Shown: in pieces, positions 1-12,600 of the stretch
Layout of the letters: each line of letters begins with the position of its first letter
How positions within the stretch are numbered: the stretch's first letter is position 1
DNA from: Lytechinus pictus
Taxonomy: Eukaryota
Length of the DNA stretch: 64,000 nt
Assembly: GCF_037042905.1 (NCBI RefSeq)
Contig: NC_087252.1
Location: 9,550,001-9,614,000 of the forward strand
Direction of reading: 5' to 3'
Notes under the pieces: model-generated
Databases searched by the model: none
The model's input: the letters and a program-made list of their open reading frames with translations, nothing else
What the model was told of the DNA's origin: nothing
Position numbers and translations under genes: made by a program

Positions 1-430
1 CCTCTCTTCCATTCCATCTCCTCTTTTCTCTGCTCTCCCATTCTGCTTCTAAACCCCTTTCTCTTCACCCCCTCTTCTCTCCAAATCTCCCATTCTTTTC
101 TGCCTTTTGTCCTCTGTCTCACACTATAGTGGGAGGGGGGGGGGGAGGGAGTATGGGGATACTGCCATTACAAGATGGACACCGTATGCTCGTACACAAA
201 ATCATAAATGGGTTGTTTTCCACGGTTGGCACATACCATGAAAACTGAAAAGAGCACTTGTTTCACCCTATAAAAAATGCAATTCTTGTTGCTTTGTTTA
301 GGGTGGGGGAAAACGCGATTATTAATGGTCTTAGTTGGACTCTTTGAGATGGAAGAAAGATTGCTTGTTTAGGGTTCATTTTGAAAGTCTCTGTTCTACT
401 GTATATGTAGCATGGTATTCACCTCCTTAA

Positions 431-1035
431 AGGCCAAGTCCACCCCAGAAAATTGTTGATTTAAATCGATAGAGAAAAATAAAACAAACATAACGCTGCA
501 AATTTCATCAAAATCGGATGTAAAATAAGAAAGTTATGACGTTTTTAAGTTTTGCTTATTTTTCACAAAACAGTTAAACGCACAACTCAGCGATATGCAA
601 ATGAGAGAGTCGATGATGTCCATCACTCACTATTTCTTTTGTTTTTTATTGTTTGAATTATACAATATTTCAATTTTTACAGATTTGACAACAAGGACCA
701 ACTTGACTTAACCATAAACTGTTAAAATAATGGTAATTCCACATGTTCAGGGAGTAATAAAATTTTGTTTCACACGACAATGGGGAGAAAATTAGAATTT
801 TTCATATTTCATATAATGAAATACAAAAGAAATAGTGAGTGGGTGACATCATCAGTCTGCCAATTTGCATACCTTCCAGGATGTGTATATAACTGTTTTT
901 GTGAAATTAAGGAAAAGTTTAAAATGTCATAACTTTCTTATTTTACATCCGATTTTGATGAAATTTTCAGTGTTTTGCTTGTTGGATTTTTCTCCTTTTA
1001 TTCAAATAAACTTTTTGGTGGGGTGGACTTGTCCT
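431..1035. mobile_element. Kolobok-like TTAA MITE, family A
   Basis: TTAA|AGGCCAAGTCCACCCC...GGGTGGACTTGTCCT|TTAA; relatives at 22514-23103, 49029-49622, 58570-59360 and degraded ~54550-55030. Confidence 0.8.
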
Positions 1036-1481
1036 TTAACAATGCGTGTGGACACTGGGGTCCCACCCCCCCTCTTTATTTCTTTTGTTTCCTTACCTAC
1101 CACTAAACTTTGCCAAAAAATTCAACCAAAGAAAAAAAACAGTTATGCATGAGTAAGCACACACAAAAGACAAACTACTCCCTTTTCAAATTCAATGGAG
1201 ACATTTCTATTATTCATTAAGAGTGAAGTTTGGTATCACAAAGTAAATGTAAAGACAAAATAGATCAATGTTGATCTAATATATGGAAAAAATATTTTGT
1301 GTGATTTTTCTAATTGACATAGTATTAAAATGGCATCAAGACGTGTAGGCCTGAAGCAACATTGCAAAGTTATTGCACTATAATGTGATTGCTCAAAACA
1401 AGTTTCTAGTCCTATCATTATCTTGTTCAATAAAATATAATCTTAAAATCGCCATAGACATAATAGCAATAGGTTATTTAA

Positions 1482-2171
1482 CCCTATAAGGACTGGGCTA
1501 TTTGAGATCAAATGAGGACTGGGGGGGGGGGGCATGATGGCCCCCCTTCTGATCTCGGCCGCCGTTCAAACGATCGCGCCGAAATTTGGCACACACATTC
1601 CTTACCACATAACCTACAAGATGGTATAAATAAAAATCCGAAAATAAATTATGAATAAAATATGCAAATTTATTCATGAAAAACATTATTTGCATTTCTA
1701 ACACCCAATTTCACTTCAAATTTTCTTCTTTTTTTTGCAGATCTCATCTTTTTAATCTAATTTAAAGGTTTCCATAAAGAAAAATTGCGAAAGCCAATAT
1801 TTTCTTATTTCTTTGTTTTTTCATCTTTTGTTTTTCAATGGAAATTATTACAGACCATTTAACAACTAAATAAAACCCTAAATTAATTAAGCAAACCGAT
1901 TAGAATGAAAAATAATCACCCTTTTATGAATTTCATCTCCCATAGACTTTGTACACAAAGTATAAAAATGAGCCATTTTCGGCATGACATTGCCTCGTAA
2001 AAAGTCCAATGACGTCGCTATGCTATACCCGAATGTCGCGAATTTGGTCTCAAAAGTTGCGCGAGACTTCAAAGAAAAAAGTCATAAAATTTGTGGGCGC
2101 TAACTTTTTGCGTTTCGGAAATATCGCACGAAGCGTTGAGGGGGCCGTCATGCCCCCCAGTTCTTTTAGGG
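1482..2171. mobile_element. piggyBac-like MITE in the PRDM 3' UTR
   Basis: TTAA|CCCTATAAGGACTGGG...CCCAGTTCTTTTAGGG|TTAA. Confidence 0.8.
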
Positions 2172-2187
2172 TTAAACTGCCATTCCT

Positions 2188-3689
2188 CTAAGATTGCTGT
2201 TGTTGTTGGGATTGTTCTGAAGGTTCCCCACCCTGTATCTTGTGCCTGAACATGTGAGACGTAAAGCTATGATTCAAGGAGAATGTCTTCAAGCAGATGT
2301 GACAGGTGAAGGGTCTCTTCTCTTCATGCATACTCTGCATGTGAACCTGTAAGCTATGCTTCACAGTGAATCCTTTCCCGCACACCAGGCACACAAAAGG
2401 GCGGATACCCTTGTGGCGTCTCTCATGCTTGGTCAGGCCACCTTTGTCGGGGAAGCCCTTGTTGCAGACAGTGCAGAAGAAGCGCATTTGCCGTGTCTGG
2501 TGCATACGTCTCTTGTGCTGGTAGACGGCGTTCTTGACGCGGAAGCCACGTCCACAGAGGTCACACTTGTAAGGTTTTAGACCGTTGTGTTCTCCTTGAT
2601 GGTTGTTCAAAGCAGTCTCTGAGGCGAAGGATCGAGCACAGAGATTGCAGCGGTACAACCGATGTTGCTCATGGTTCTTGACATGATCCAAGAAACGGGC
2701 TTCGTTCATGAACATCCTTCCGCAGTCTGTGCATTTGTACGTTCCTTTTCCTTCGTGGACTTCCTTCTCATGCTCATAAGCTTTGGTCTTATCAACATAC
2801 CTCTTGGAGCAGTAGCGACACTTGAAAGGTCTAGGTTTGATGTAATAGTCAGCCGCTTTACCCAACATGTCTTGGGGTTCCTGGGGTTTACCCTTCGCCT
2901 TTGCCTTTGGTTTCCGATTACGAGGCTGCATGGGCAACCTTTCAGTGTCCCTACTGGTTTTATTGCTAGCATTGTGAATTTCCTCTTCTTCAGGAATGGA
3001 TAATCTTTCTTCACCAACAGAATTCGATCTTCCAATATTTTCAATATTATCATCAATATTTTTTGTCTGTGTTATTCTTTTATCAGGCTCTATGTTCATC
3101 TTGCAAGCTCTCTTCTTCGGCGTGCCTACGACATCCTTGAATTCTCTGTGTGTCATCTCATGCTTCAAGCACTCAAGCTTTTTGGCAAAGCGAATGGGAC
3201 ATATCCTGCACCTATGGTTCCTGACCACTGGTATACCATGCATATCTCGCTCATGTCTGTACAGCGCTCCTCTGGTTTTATAAGCTTTGTCACATTTGCT
3301 GCACTTGTGCGTCCTAATGACGTGCCTTGCCATGTGTTTTGTCAGCATGAATGTATTCCTCTGTCTCTCTCCGCATACTGGACAGGTGTGGTCTTCGGTG
3401 AACTCGTGGAACATGGCATGAGCCTCCAGCCTTCCCTCAGTTGGAAAGTTCTTACCACAGACAGTGCAGGTGTAGTGCTTGCTTGGTTCAGTGCTGTCTT
3501 CTTTCTCATTAGCTTGTTCAGAACTTGGACTAATGTTCTCAACGTCAGTCTTGGCTTTTACCATCCACGTTACAATGGGACATAGCTCCTTTGAGGAATC
3601 AGTCTCATGATCAAACTTGACGTGTCTTAGCATTCTCTTGGCAGATGGGAGCCTAGTGCTGCATTGCTTGCATTCAAATTCATTATCAT
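2188..3689 (-). CDS. PRDM-type gene, last exon: 12 C2H2 zinc fingers in two clusters
   Basis: ORF 2188-3735 with CxxC...HxxxH repeats and linkers such as HNGLKPYKC, HKGIRPFVC and HEEKRPFTC; acceptor CAG at 3692-3690. Confidence 0.95.
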
Positions 3690-6600
3690 CTGTGGAAAAG
3701 AGAAAGAAATCTTGCTTAAGATATCCTTTCCACACTATCCTTACCCACTTTACAACCTGACATATACATGTGCTTCAACCTTCATGGGGTTTTTTCAGGA
3801 TTGTTTGAAAATGTTTCACTCAGTGGTTTGGGTTTTGTGGGCCTTTTCAGTAGGTATACAAAGAACTGATCAAAATATTTATTGTCCAGAATAATTTAGC
3901 AACTTTAATACATACATGTAACCACATGGGGGGGGGGGGGGGGGGAAGGCCTAAAGGTCACATAATTTACACTTACATGTAGGTATACAGTTGTCCACTC
4001 AAGAAACTAGCCCTCTTTTTTTTCACTGCTTAAACTATCATTGGGGGCAGGTTGCCCCATGCCCCACTCGACAATTAAAAAACCTACCTTCATGATAGAT
4101 AAGATCATCCAATTTCATTTGAAATCCTACAAGGTCACTGTACACCTCACTATAGAACACCTTGAGCTCGTCTCCCGGCTCAATCGTCTTCATTGCTCGG
4201 AAGTAGACGTCACCAAACGACTGGATGGCCTCCAGGTTCTGTTCAGATTCATTCCGGGCGCACTGGACATAGGACATCATGTGTGAACGACCCTTGCCTT
4301 TGCCATCGATGTACAGAAAGACCTTGCCTCGTAAGCAAAGCTGTGATGACACAAATTAAGAAAAAAAACTGTTTTATACAGTGGAAATATTCAAATTTAA
4401 CCACACTTCTGGAAAAAATATAATTACAAATTTTGATGATTGAATCTCCGAGTTGATGGATAAACCTTAATATGAGTTGTTAGCACCAGAGTTTGCACTG
4501 TAAACTTTCAAAAATACTGTATATCAGCAACTAAACAAGATATCATATATTGTTGTCTCTGAGACGATCACAATGGATTTCCAAAAACATTTTTGCTCCA
4601 GCGACATTTTTGGGATATCAATAACAATATTGTTGGATATCAATCACAGCCCAATTCTTGTTGTTAACAATCATCTGAATACAATATTTATATAATATGA
4701 TATATTTTTAGCAAAACACAAATCTTCTCCTTCTCGAGGGTAGGTCTATCTCATCTAGAACAAGAACAGACCACAAGTAGTATGTAAAGTCATACAATTC
4801 CTGGAAATGCCCCCAGGTGTCTGCAGGCACAGACCATAGATTTTCGCAATTTGCATAGCGCATAATGCATGAGTCTGAAGTAGCGAGACTAGATTTACTA
4901 TGTAGGCCTACTGTGAATGCCTCTCATACAGACAGAAGCCTGTATTCTGAAGTCGGGTTTAACTTAAACTCAGGTTTAAAGTTGTGGTTTAAGTATGGGA
5001 AGCCAAAAGTATCAAAATTTTTATTAAGTTATGTTTCTTACGTTTACTGTGCTCTTTCCTGATTCATCGATGGTGAAGACAATCATCTATTTATACTTCC
5101 TACCCAATTATGAATGATTTGAGAGCCGAATGAGCTAAAGTATGATATCTCTTCTGTTAGTGATTATGTAACAATTGGCCTTCCATAGTTAAACCACAAC
5201 TTAAAACCAGAGTTTAAATCAAACCCGACTTCAGAATACAAGCCTTTGGATTCTAATTTGTGTCAAATTTGATTCTGCGTTTGCAGACTACGCCCTCCGG
5301 TTCCATGACAATTGCTCCGCCGACAATTGCTACGCAAAATACGACAACTGCTCCGCCGACAATTGCTCCGGACAGTTGCTCCGCCGACAGTTGCTCCGTC
5401 GACACTTGCTCCGCCGATATTTGCTCCGTCGACATCTGCTCCGCCGATATTTGCTCCGCCGACAGTTGCTCCGCCGAAAATTGCTCCGCCGACATCTGCT
5501 CCGATTTTACGACAATTGCTCCGCGACAATTGCTCCGCCGATAATTGCTCCGCCGAAAATTGCTCCAATTATACGACATTTGCTTCACGACAATTGCTCC
5601 GCAGTCTATTGCTCCGCCGTCATGTGCTCCGATAATACAATTGCATGAACATCTTACAAATTGTTTTGTTGTTGTTTTGTTCTTATTATTTTTATCTATT
5701 TATTTCATTCTCCCCTATCATCACAGCTTTCTGCTTAAAAAAACCAAATTGTTCTCCCTGCCGCCGCCACTGTCTTGACAAATTGTAACGCAGAAGGGGA
5801 ATGACACACTCCCCATTGGAATTGTGAATCTGGATTTTTGTTCATATATTATTATCATTGGTTTCAATCCGGTCTTGAGCGGGGAGAGAATGGGGGGGGG
5901 GTGCTGGACACAATATCTCTTCCATAGGCGGATCCAGGGGAGGGGCCGAGGGCCCCCCCCCCCCACTGGCTGAACAAAAAAAAAAGAAAAAAAGGAAAGA
6001 AAGAAAAAAGATGGAAAGAGAAGAGTAAAAAGAAGAGGAGGAAGACGAGTAAATAAAATAAGATGAGGGAAAGACTTGGAAAATAAAAAGAATCTTTCAT
6101 GTCACTGTATAAAATTTTCCCTCGCGCTTCGCGCTCGCATTGCCTGTTCAATAATTATGGAGTTTAAATATCAAGTTTGGAAGTCAATATACAAAACATA
6201 TTTCACCTCGGGAATCGAACTTTCATTGTTTTGTGTGATTTACAAATTGATTTTTAAAAAGTGCTCTGTAAAAATGTCAGTTTTATGGTCTGAATTTTAA
6301 CATTTTCTACTCGCGCTGCGCACTCGCAAATTTTGATATATCAGGTACCTATTATTTTCGTGTATTCCGTAAAGTTTTCAAAATATCCCTTTTCAGGTCC
6401 GATTGTCAAAACGTATCAGCTAGCGCTGCGCTCGCATTTGAATGGAGAGTTATGTATTTCTCAATATTGAATATACAAATAAACTACTTAAAATCCCCAT
6501 TTAATGAAATTTGCTCATTTGAATATTCACAGTTTAATTGCTAAAATTGATGAACTTAGATTACTTCTGAGAAATTCATCATTTGATGTTGTCGGATTGA

Positions 6601-9600
6601 ATGAGACACTTTGCGACTCAATGATTGATGATTCTGAATTGCGTATTGATGATTATGTCTTATTACGTAGAGATCGTACGAGACACGGAGGTGGTGTGGC
6701 TGTATACATATCGAAGAAGTTCAATTACAAAAGAAGGGATGATCTGATTTCACCAAATTTAGAATGTATTTGGTTTGAATTGCATTATCCAAACAAGTCT
6801 CCAATTCTGGTTGGGGAGTTTTATAGACCTCCGAATTCTCATGTTGATTTCTTTGAAGAATTAGACAGAAACTTGGATGCTGCTCTCTTGGAAGATATGA
6901 GCAGTATTATTTTGGGTGATTTCAACTGTGATTGTATGCCACAACTAAATGATGTGAATGGGGAAAAAATAATGTTTTATACAAATATGTACGGGCTGAG
7001 TCAGCTAATTGATACTGCTACAAGAGTTACAAATACCTCTGCCACTTTAATTGATTTGATATTTGTATCAGACAAAGAACTATACAGTGAATGGGGAATA
7101 TTTGAAACTAGTATAAGTGATCATTATTTGGTGTATACAATTCGCGATTTCAGTGCTAAGATGTATAAAGATTCTGAATTTGCAGAATTTCGTTCATTTA
7201 AAAATCTTGATGAGGAAACATTTTATAGTGAATTGAGAAATATTCCTTGGCAGGTCGTAAAAGATATAGATGATGTTGATGTTGCTTGGGATGTATGGTT
7301 GACATTTTTCAATGATGTAATCAACAGGCACATTCCCTTTTGTAAAAAGCGGATAAGAAAAAAAGCTTGTCCTTGGATATCTGACGAGGTTGTCAAGCTA
7401 ATGAAGGAACGTGATAAGGTTCTAAAAACAGCTAAAGTTAACAAAAATAACGATATTTGGGACACATACAAATTTCTGAAAAATGAAGTTATTCATCTCA
7501 TGAGAAAAAGTAAAAAAGAATATAATGCTAACCAGATTTCACAAAATCAAAAGAATAGTAAGAAAATGTGGAGATGTTTGAGAGAACTTGTGCCCAAGTC
7601 ATTACCTATTTCTCCCAACACCATAAACGTAGATGGAACAGATGTGTCGGGCAATGCAAATATTGCTGAAGCATTTAATGAATTTTTCATTTCAAATGCT
7701 ACTAATATTACTAAGGACCTGCAAAGGGATACGTCTCAACAGAGAGTTCAAGTAGAAGATGATACAAATGTTGGTTCAATTCACTCTCAATTTGAGCTAG
7801 AGTTGATTACTAGAGATTTTGTTTTGAAACAGATTGATAATCTGAGTATAGATAAATCAACTGGGGAAGATAATGTTAGCTGCAAACTTTTAAAGATGAC
7901 AAAAAATGTTATCGCAGAGTCCCTTTGTGATATTATTAACAAATCCCTTACTACTGGAGTTGTTCCTCGTGAATGGAAAAAGGCTCGGGTAGTACCAATA
8001 TTTAAATCTGGTGATATGTCTTCGTTGAATAATTACCGCCCAATTTCTATATTACCAATCGTGAGTAAAATTTTAGAAAGGGCTGTTCACCAACAGCTAA
8101 GTGAATTCTTGGACGTGAATGATTTATTACACCCAAATCAATCTGGTTTTCGGCCTATGCATTCAACAACTACTGCCCTTGCAAAACTTGTAAATCAGTG
8201 GTCGTTAAACATTGATAACAATTTAATTTCTGGAGTTGCGTTCATAGATCTTCATGGACCATGAGCTGCTTTTAAAGAAATTAACTTGCATTGGTTGTAG
8301 TAAGAGGACTATCACTTGGTTCAAATCATATTTATTTGATCGACAACAAGTGACACAATTCAAAGGAGCCAAATCGCACCCTTCAATCGTCAAATTAGGC
8401 GTGCCACAAGGGTCAATTCTAGGTCCCCTTTTATTTTCAATATATGTTAATAGTTTACCTGAATGTATTCATGAAGGTATTATAGATATGTACGCTGACG
8501 ACACGACACTTACCGTCAGTGCGAATGATGCGACAGTTTTGGAAGAAAAATTAACTGTTGCATTAAACAAGGTCATGGCATGGATTAAAGATAATCAGCT
8601 CGTCCTCAACACTGAAAAAACTTGTGTCATGATAATAGGTTCTCGTGCTAATCTCAGGAAAATAGATTCTTTCACGATTTCGTTAAACGGTGATTTGATA
8701 AATAGAGTTCAATTCACCAAATGCTTAGGAGTTTTGATAGATGAAGAACTGAAATGGTCAAAACAAATTGAAAATGTATGTAAACTTACTCAGAAAAGCA
8801 TTGGCATAATAAAGAGAGCGAAAAGTTCTTTGCCTGTGCAGTCCTTAAAGTTGCTTTATAATAGTTTAGTGTTGCCAAGATTTGATTACTGTTCTGCTGT
8901 ATGGTCGAATAGATTTCAATCCCATACAATTAAGCTGCAAAAAATTCAGAAGAGGGCTGCAAGAATTATATTGAACAAGACATACGACACACCGTCGGCT
9001 GATTTGTTCACAAGTCTTAAATGGATGACACTAGACAAACGATTTGAGCTCAGTCGCGTTTTGATGATATTTAAATGTGTTCATAATTTAGCACCTTCTT
9101 ACCTTCAGGTAAACTTAACCAATCCAAATGATGTACATGAACATCATACCAGACAGAGAGACAGTGGATATTTACGCGTGCCCAAGTTTCGCACTGATTG
9201 TTATAAGTGTAGTCCAATCGTATCTTCAATATTTGAATGGAATAAGCTTGATAATTCAATTAGAACAGCTCCTTCTGTCATTTCATTTAAGAGAATGTTT
9301 AAAAGAACTTGTAATTTATAAATAACTTGCAGAACATCCACTGCTGTGCTTATTTTGTGTTAGCATGACCTTGATGATTTGGTGTATATTATCAGTATTT
9401 TCAAGATGCCCTTCTTAATTAATTTGATTTATTGATATTTTATTATACGTCAAACGAGTGCCCGTCTGCGTTTTGTTAGCTGCTAAGTTTGTTAATGTTT
9501 CGTTTTACATTCAAATCCTAATGTGAATCTTAATGCTGTAACATTCTGTACATACGTTATGCATTTTGTAAATATGTTTATTGTTATTCAGGGCCCCATG

Positions 9601-12600
9601 GAAGACCACTACTTATTGGTGAATGGGCTACCCTGTCAAAATATCAGAAATAAATAAATAAATAAATAAAATGACAGTTTATCAAAAAATTTGGCTCGCG
9701 ATTTGCGCTCGCATTCATGGTTAAAAATATATTAACTGATGCATCCTATTTATGACTACGAAAGTAATTGAAATGTCCAGTTTTCAGACCATAATATCAT
9801 CAGATTTCGTGCCGTCATTAGGCATTAATGAGTAAGATATTAATTTAGAAATTAAATTGTCCCTTTTGTTTTGTCTCGCGCTTAGCAAGAGGAATAGGAA
9901 AATAGTCATCATTTTCATATGATGACATGTCCTAAGGATGTCCCGGTCCTATATATGTCAAAACTCAAAGTAATAATAGAACATATCAGCTCTTTATTAA
10001 GTGCAATCCATATCCCCCTCACAAATTCACAAAGTGCTTGAAATATAGAGCAGAAATTGACTCTTTTTTACGTCGGAAAATCAAATAGTTTATTCTATTT
10101 AAAACATTATCCAGTTTCAGATCACAATATCAAAAATGTTCTGCTCGCGCTTTGTGCTCGCATTATCAAGTTAGGAAGATCCCATATTACTCATTCTTTT
10201 CATGGTTTACAAAACATGAATAGAGTGTTCCGTTTTAGGTCTAAATCTCGATTTTTCCGCCCGCGCTTCGAGCTCGCTTTAATTGGTTAGTTATATAGCT
10301 ATCCTGTTCACGATTACAAAAATTGATTGAAATTTTCAATTCTTTATGTAGAAATTTCAAAATGTTTCAGCTCGCGCTTCGCGCTCGCATTATTTGATTG
10401 TTGAAATATGTAGTGTCTTCATGGCTAAGTGCAAGCAGTCCTTAACAGGTTATCTTTTCGATCACTTTAAAATGTATACATTAAAAAAATTTCTGCTTGC
10501 GCTTTGCGCTCGCATTATTAATGTAAGGAAGATCCCCAATTACTCATCCTTTTCATGATTCACAAAACATGAATAGAGTGTCTCGTTCAGTAGGTCTAAA
10601 TCTCGAAATTTTCCGCTCGCGCTTTGCACTCGCTTTATATGATTTTTAAAGTATTTAACGTCTTCATGGCTATCTGCAAGCAATCTTTAACAAGTTCCTT
10701 TTCCATCAGTTCATTTCTGCTCGCGCTTCTCGTTCGTAGTAATTATTTAATTGCATACACATCTTTCTCAGGATAACAAACATTGACCAGAATATTCCAA
10801 TTTTAGAAAAAAACCATTAAATTTCCTTTAAAAGTTTAGCTCGCGCTTCGCGCTCGCATTATATAAATAAGGATTATGATATTATATATTTATGTTGATT
10901 TATAAGAATAAAGCTAAGTGACTTTAGGACTACCCCTTCAAAGAAACCAAAATCATCATCGAGCGGCCGATCGGGGAAAATATGGCTATAAACCCCCCCC
11001 CCCTCCTATTGGCGAAGGCTAGATCAGCCCCTGCCCTTCTGCTTTCCAGCAACTTATACACCATACATTCGCGCCCCCCCTCTCTCTCTCTCTCCCTCTT
11101 TCTCGTTTTGTTCTTTCACACTATTAATTTTCATTGGTTACCGCTTGATTTATTGTATATTTATCAGCATTACAATTGTTAATATTTTTATCAATATTTT
11201 TTAATACGTCTTGGGCCTTATCTACCCTTGAAACTTTTTTCTTTAAATTTGTTTCAAACGAAAGCATGATCATCACTGGCGTACAGATAGGGGAGGGGCG
11301 TGCTAGGGGTCACGGATCCCCCCCCCCATTCTCCCTACCAATGAAAAAAAAAGAATAAAGGAAAGGAAACTAAATGTCATCCTTGTCTGGCCCCCTCCAT
11401 TTTTTTTGTTGGCTCATTACGCTACTGGTGAGTTGCTATAAGACGAGACTTCGGTTGTATTTTTTTCTATTCTGTGCAATAGCAACAATATAAATATATT
11501 TTAATAAATGAATATATGTATGTATCTCTCTCATAACGTAAAAACAAATAATGTTGTTTCTAAAAGACAATAATACACATATATATACCAGTAATAATAT
11601 AGTTACATATTCATGAAACCCAATAACGCATCGCACTGAATTTATAATGCGAGCACGAAGCACGAGATGTTATTAACCTGGAAAGGGGACATTTATACGC
11701 ATTTTTTTTTATTGTAAACATAAAACATACCTATTGAATTTCACCTGGAGCAAATATCTCAAATTCGGAGCATATTTCGCCAGAGGGATTTTGACGCTAA
11801 GAATTTTTTTTTTGTCCCGTCATAATAATTACATGAACACGCGTATTTTTTTTTTCATTTTAATCACCAGGCACGAAATAAAACTTAAACAAATGCCCCC
11901 CAAGGAATAAGAATTAAGAATATCTATCCCTCCTTTGTGCTTATCCCTTTTTTCTATTTCTTTCTATGTTATGTATCAGGGGCCGCGGAACCGGGGGCTG
12001 GGGGCTTCAGCCCCCTCCCCCTCCCCCTCCCCCCTTTTTTTTCCAAAACCGTGTACAAAAACGTAAAAATGACCATATGATTGTGATTTTTAGCATGGTC
12101 AGCCCCCACTTTGAAAAACGTTCCGCGGCCCCTGTTTATGTCATGTAATATATCAAATTTATAATTTCTGAAGGTTTCCATGGCGAAGAAGAATAGTGTA
12201 GTAGGTTTCACGGTACACCATGTATTCTTTCTTGGGCATATGTTGGTCCTGAAAAGGACCACCCAATCTCAACGTTTCGACAAGTGTGTTCTTGTCGTCC
12301 TCAGGAGAATGAGCAAAGTTTGTAAAAGCAGGCCTTATATACTCTGTCGGAGTGCCGTATGCACGGTATCTCGCAGGGTACATGTCTCTGATTGGCTAGA
12401 TAGGTCACATGACATCCACATATGCGGACGTGGGTGACAACACACAAATTGGGCGCGCAAAACCAGCGACGACCGGAAATTGCTGTCAGTTATCATTCCC
12501 GCTAGGATTAGCATGAATGACAAAAGTCACCACTTCCGCCCATACACTGCAGTGCTCACACGTGTGTGGAACGTCCGGGTAGGCTAATTAGGCAAATTAG

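Noticed and set aside
2356..3585. Plus-strand ORFs overlapping the zinc-finger exon
   Set aside because: Antisense shadows of the real CDS.
5299..5635. CRISPR-like appearance of short regular repeats (also the CTCGCGCTTCGCGCTCGC motifs)
   Set aside because: No unique spacers of constant length, no cas genes, and a eukaryotic intron context.
5253..5648. ORFs with SAEQL/LLRR/APP pentapeptide repeats (also 13071-13622)
   Set aside because: Translations of the 15-bp tandem arms of the foldback element; open in most frames with no coding signal.
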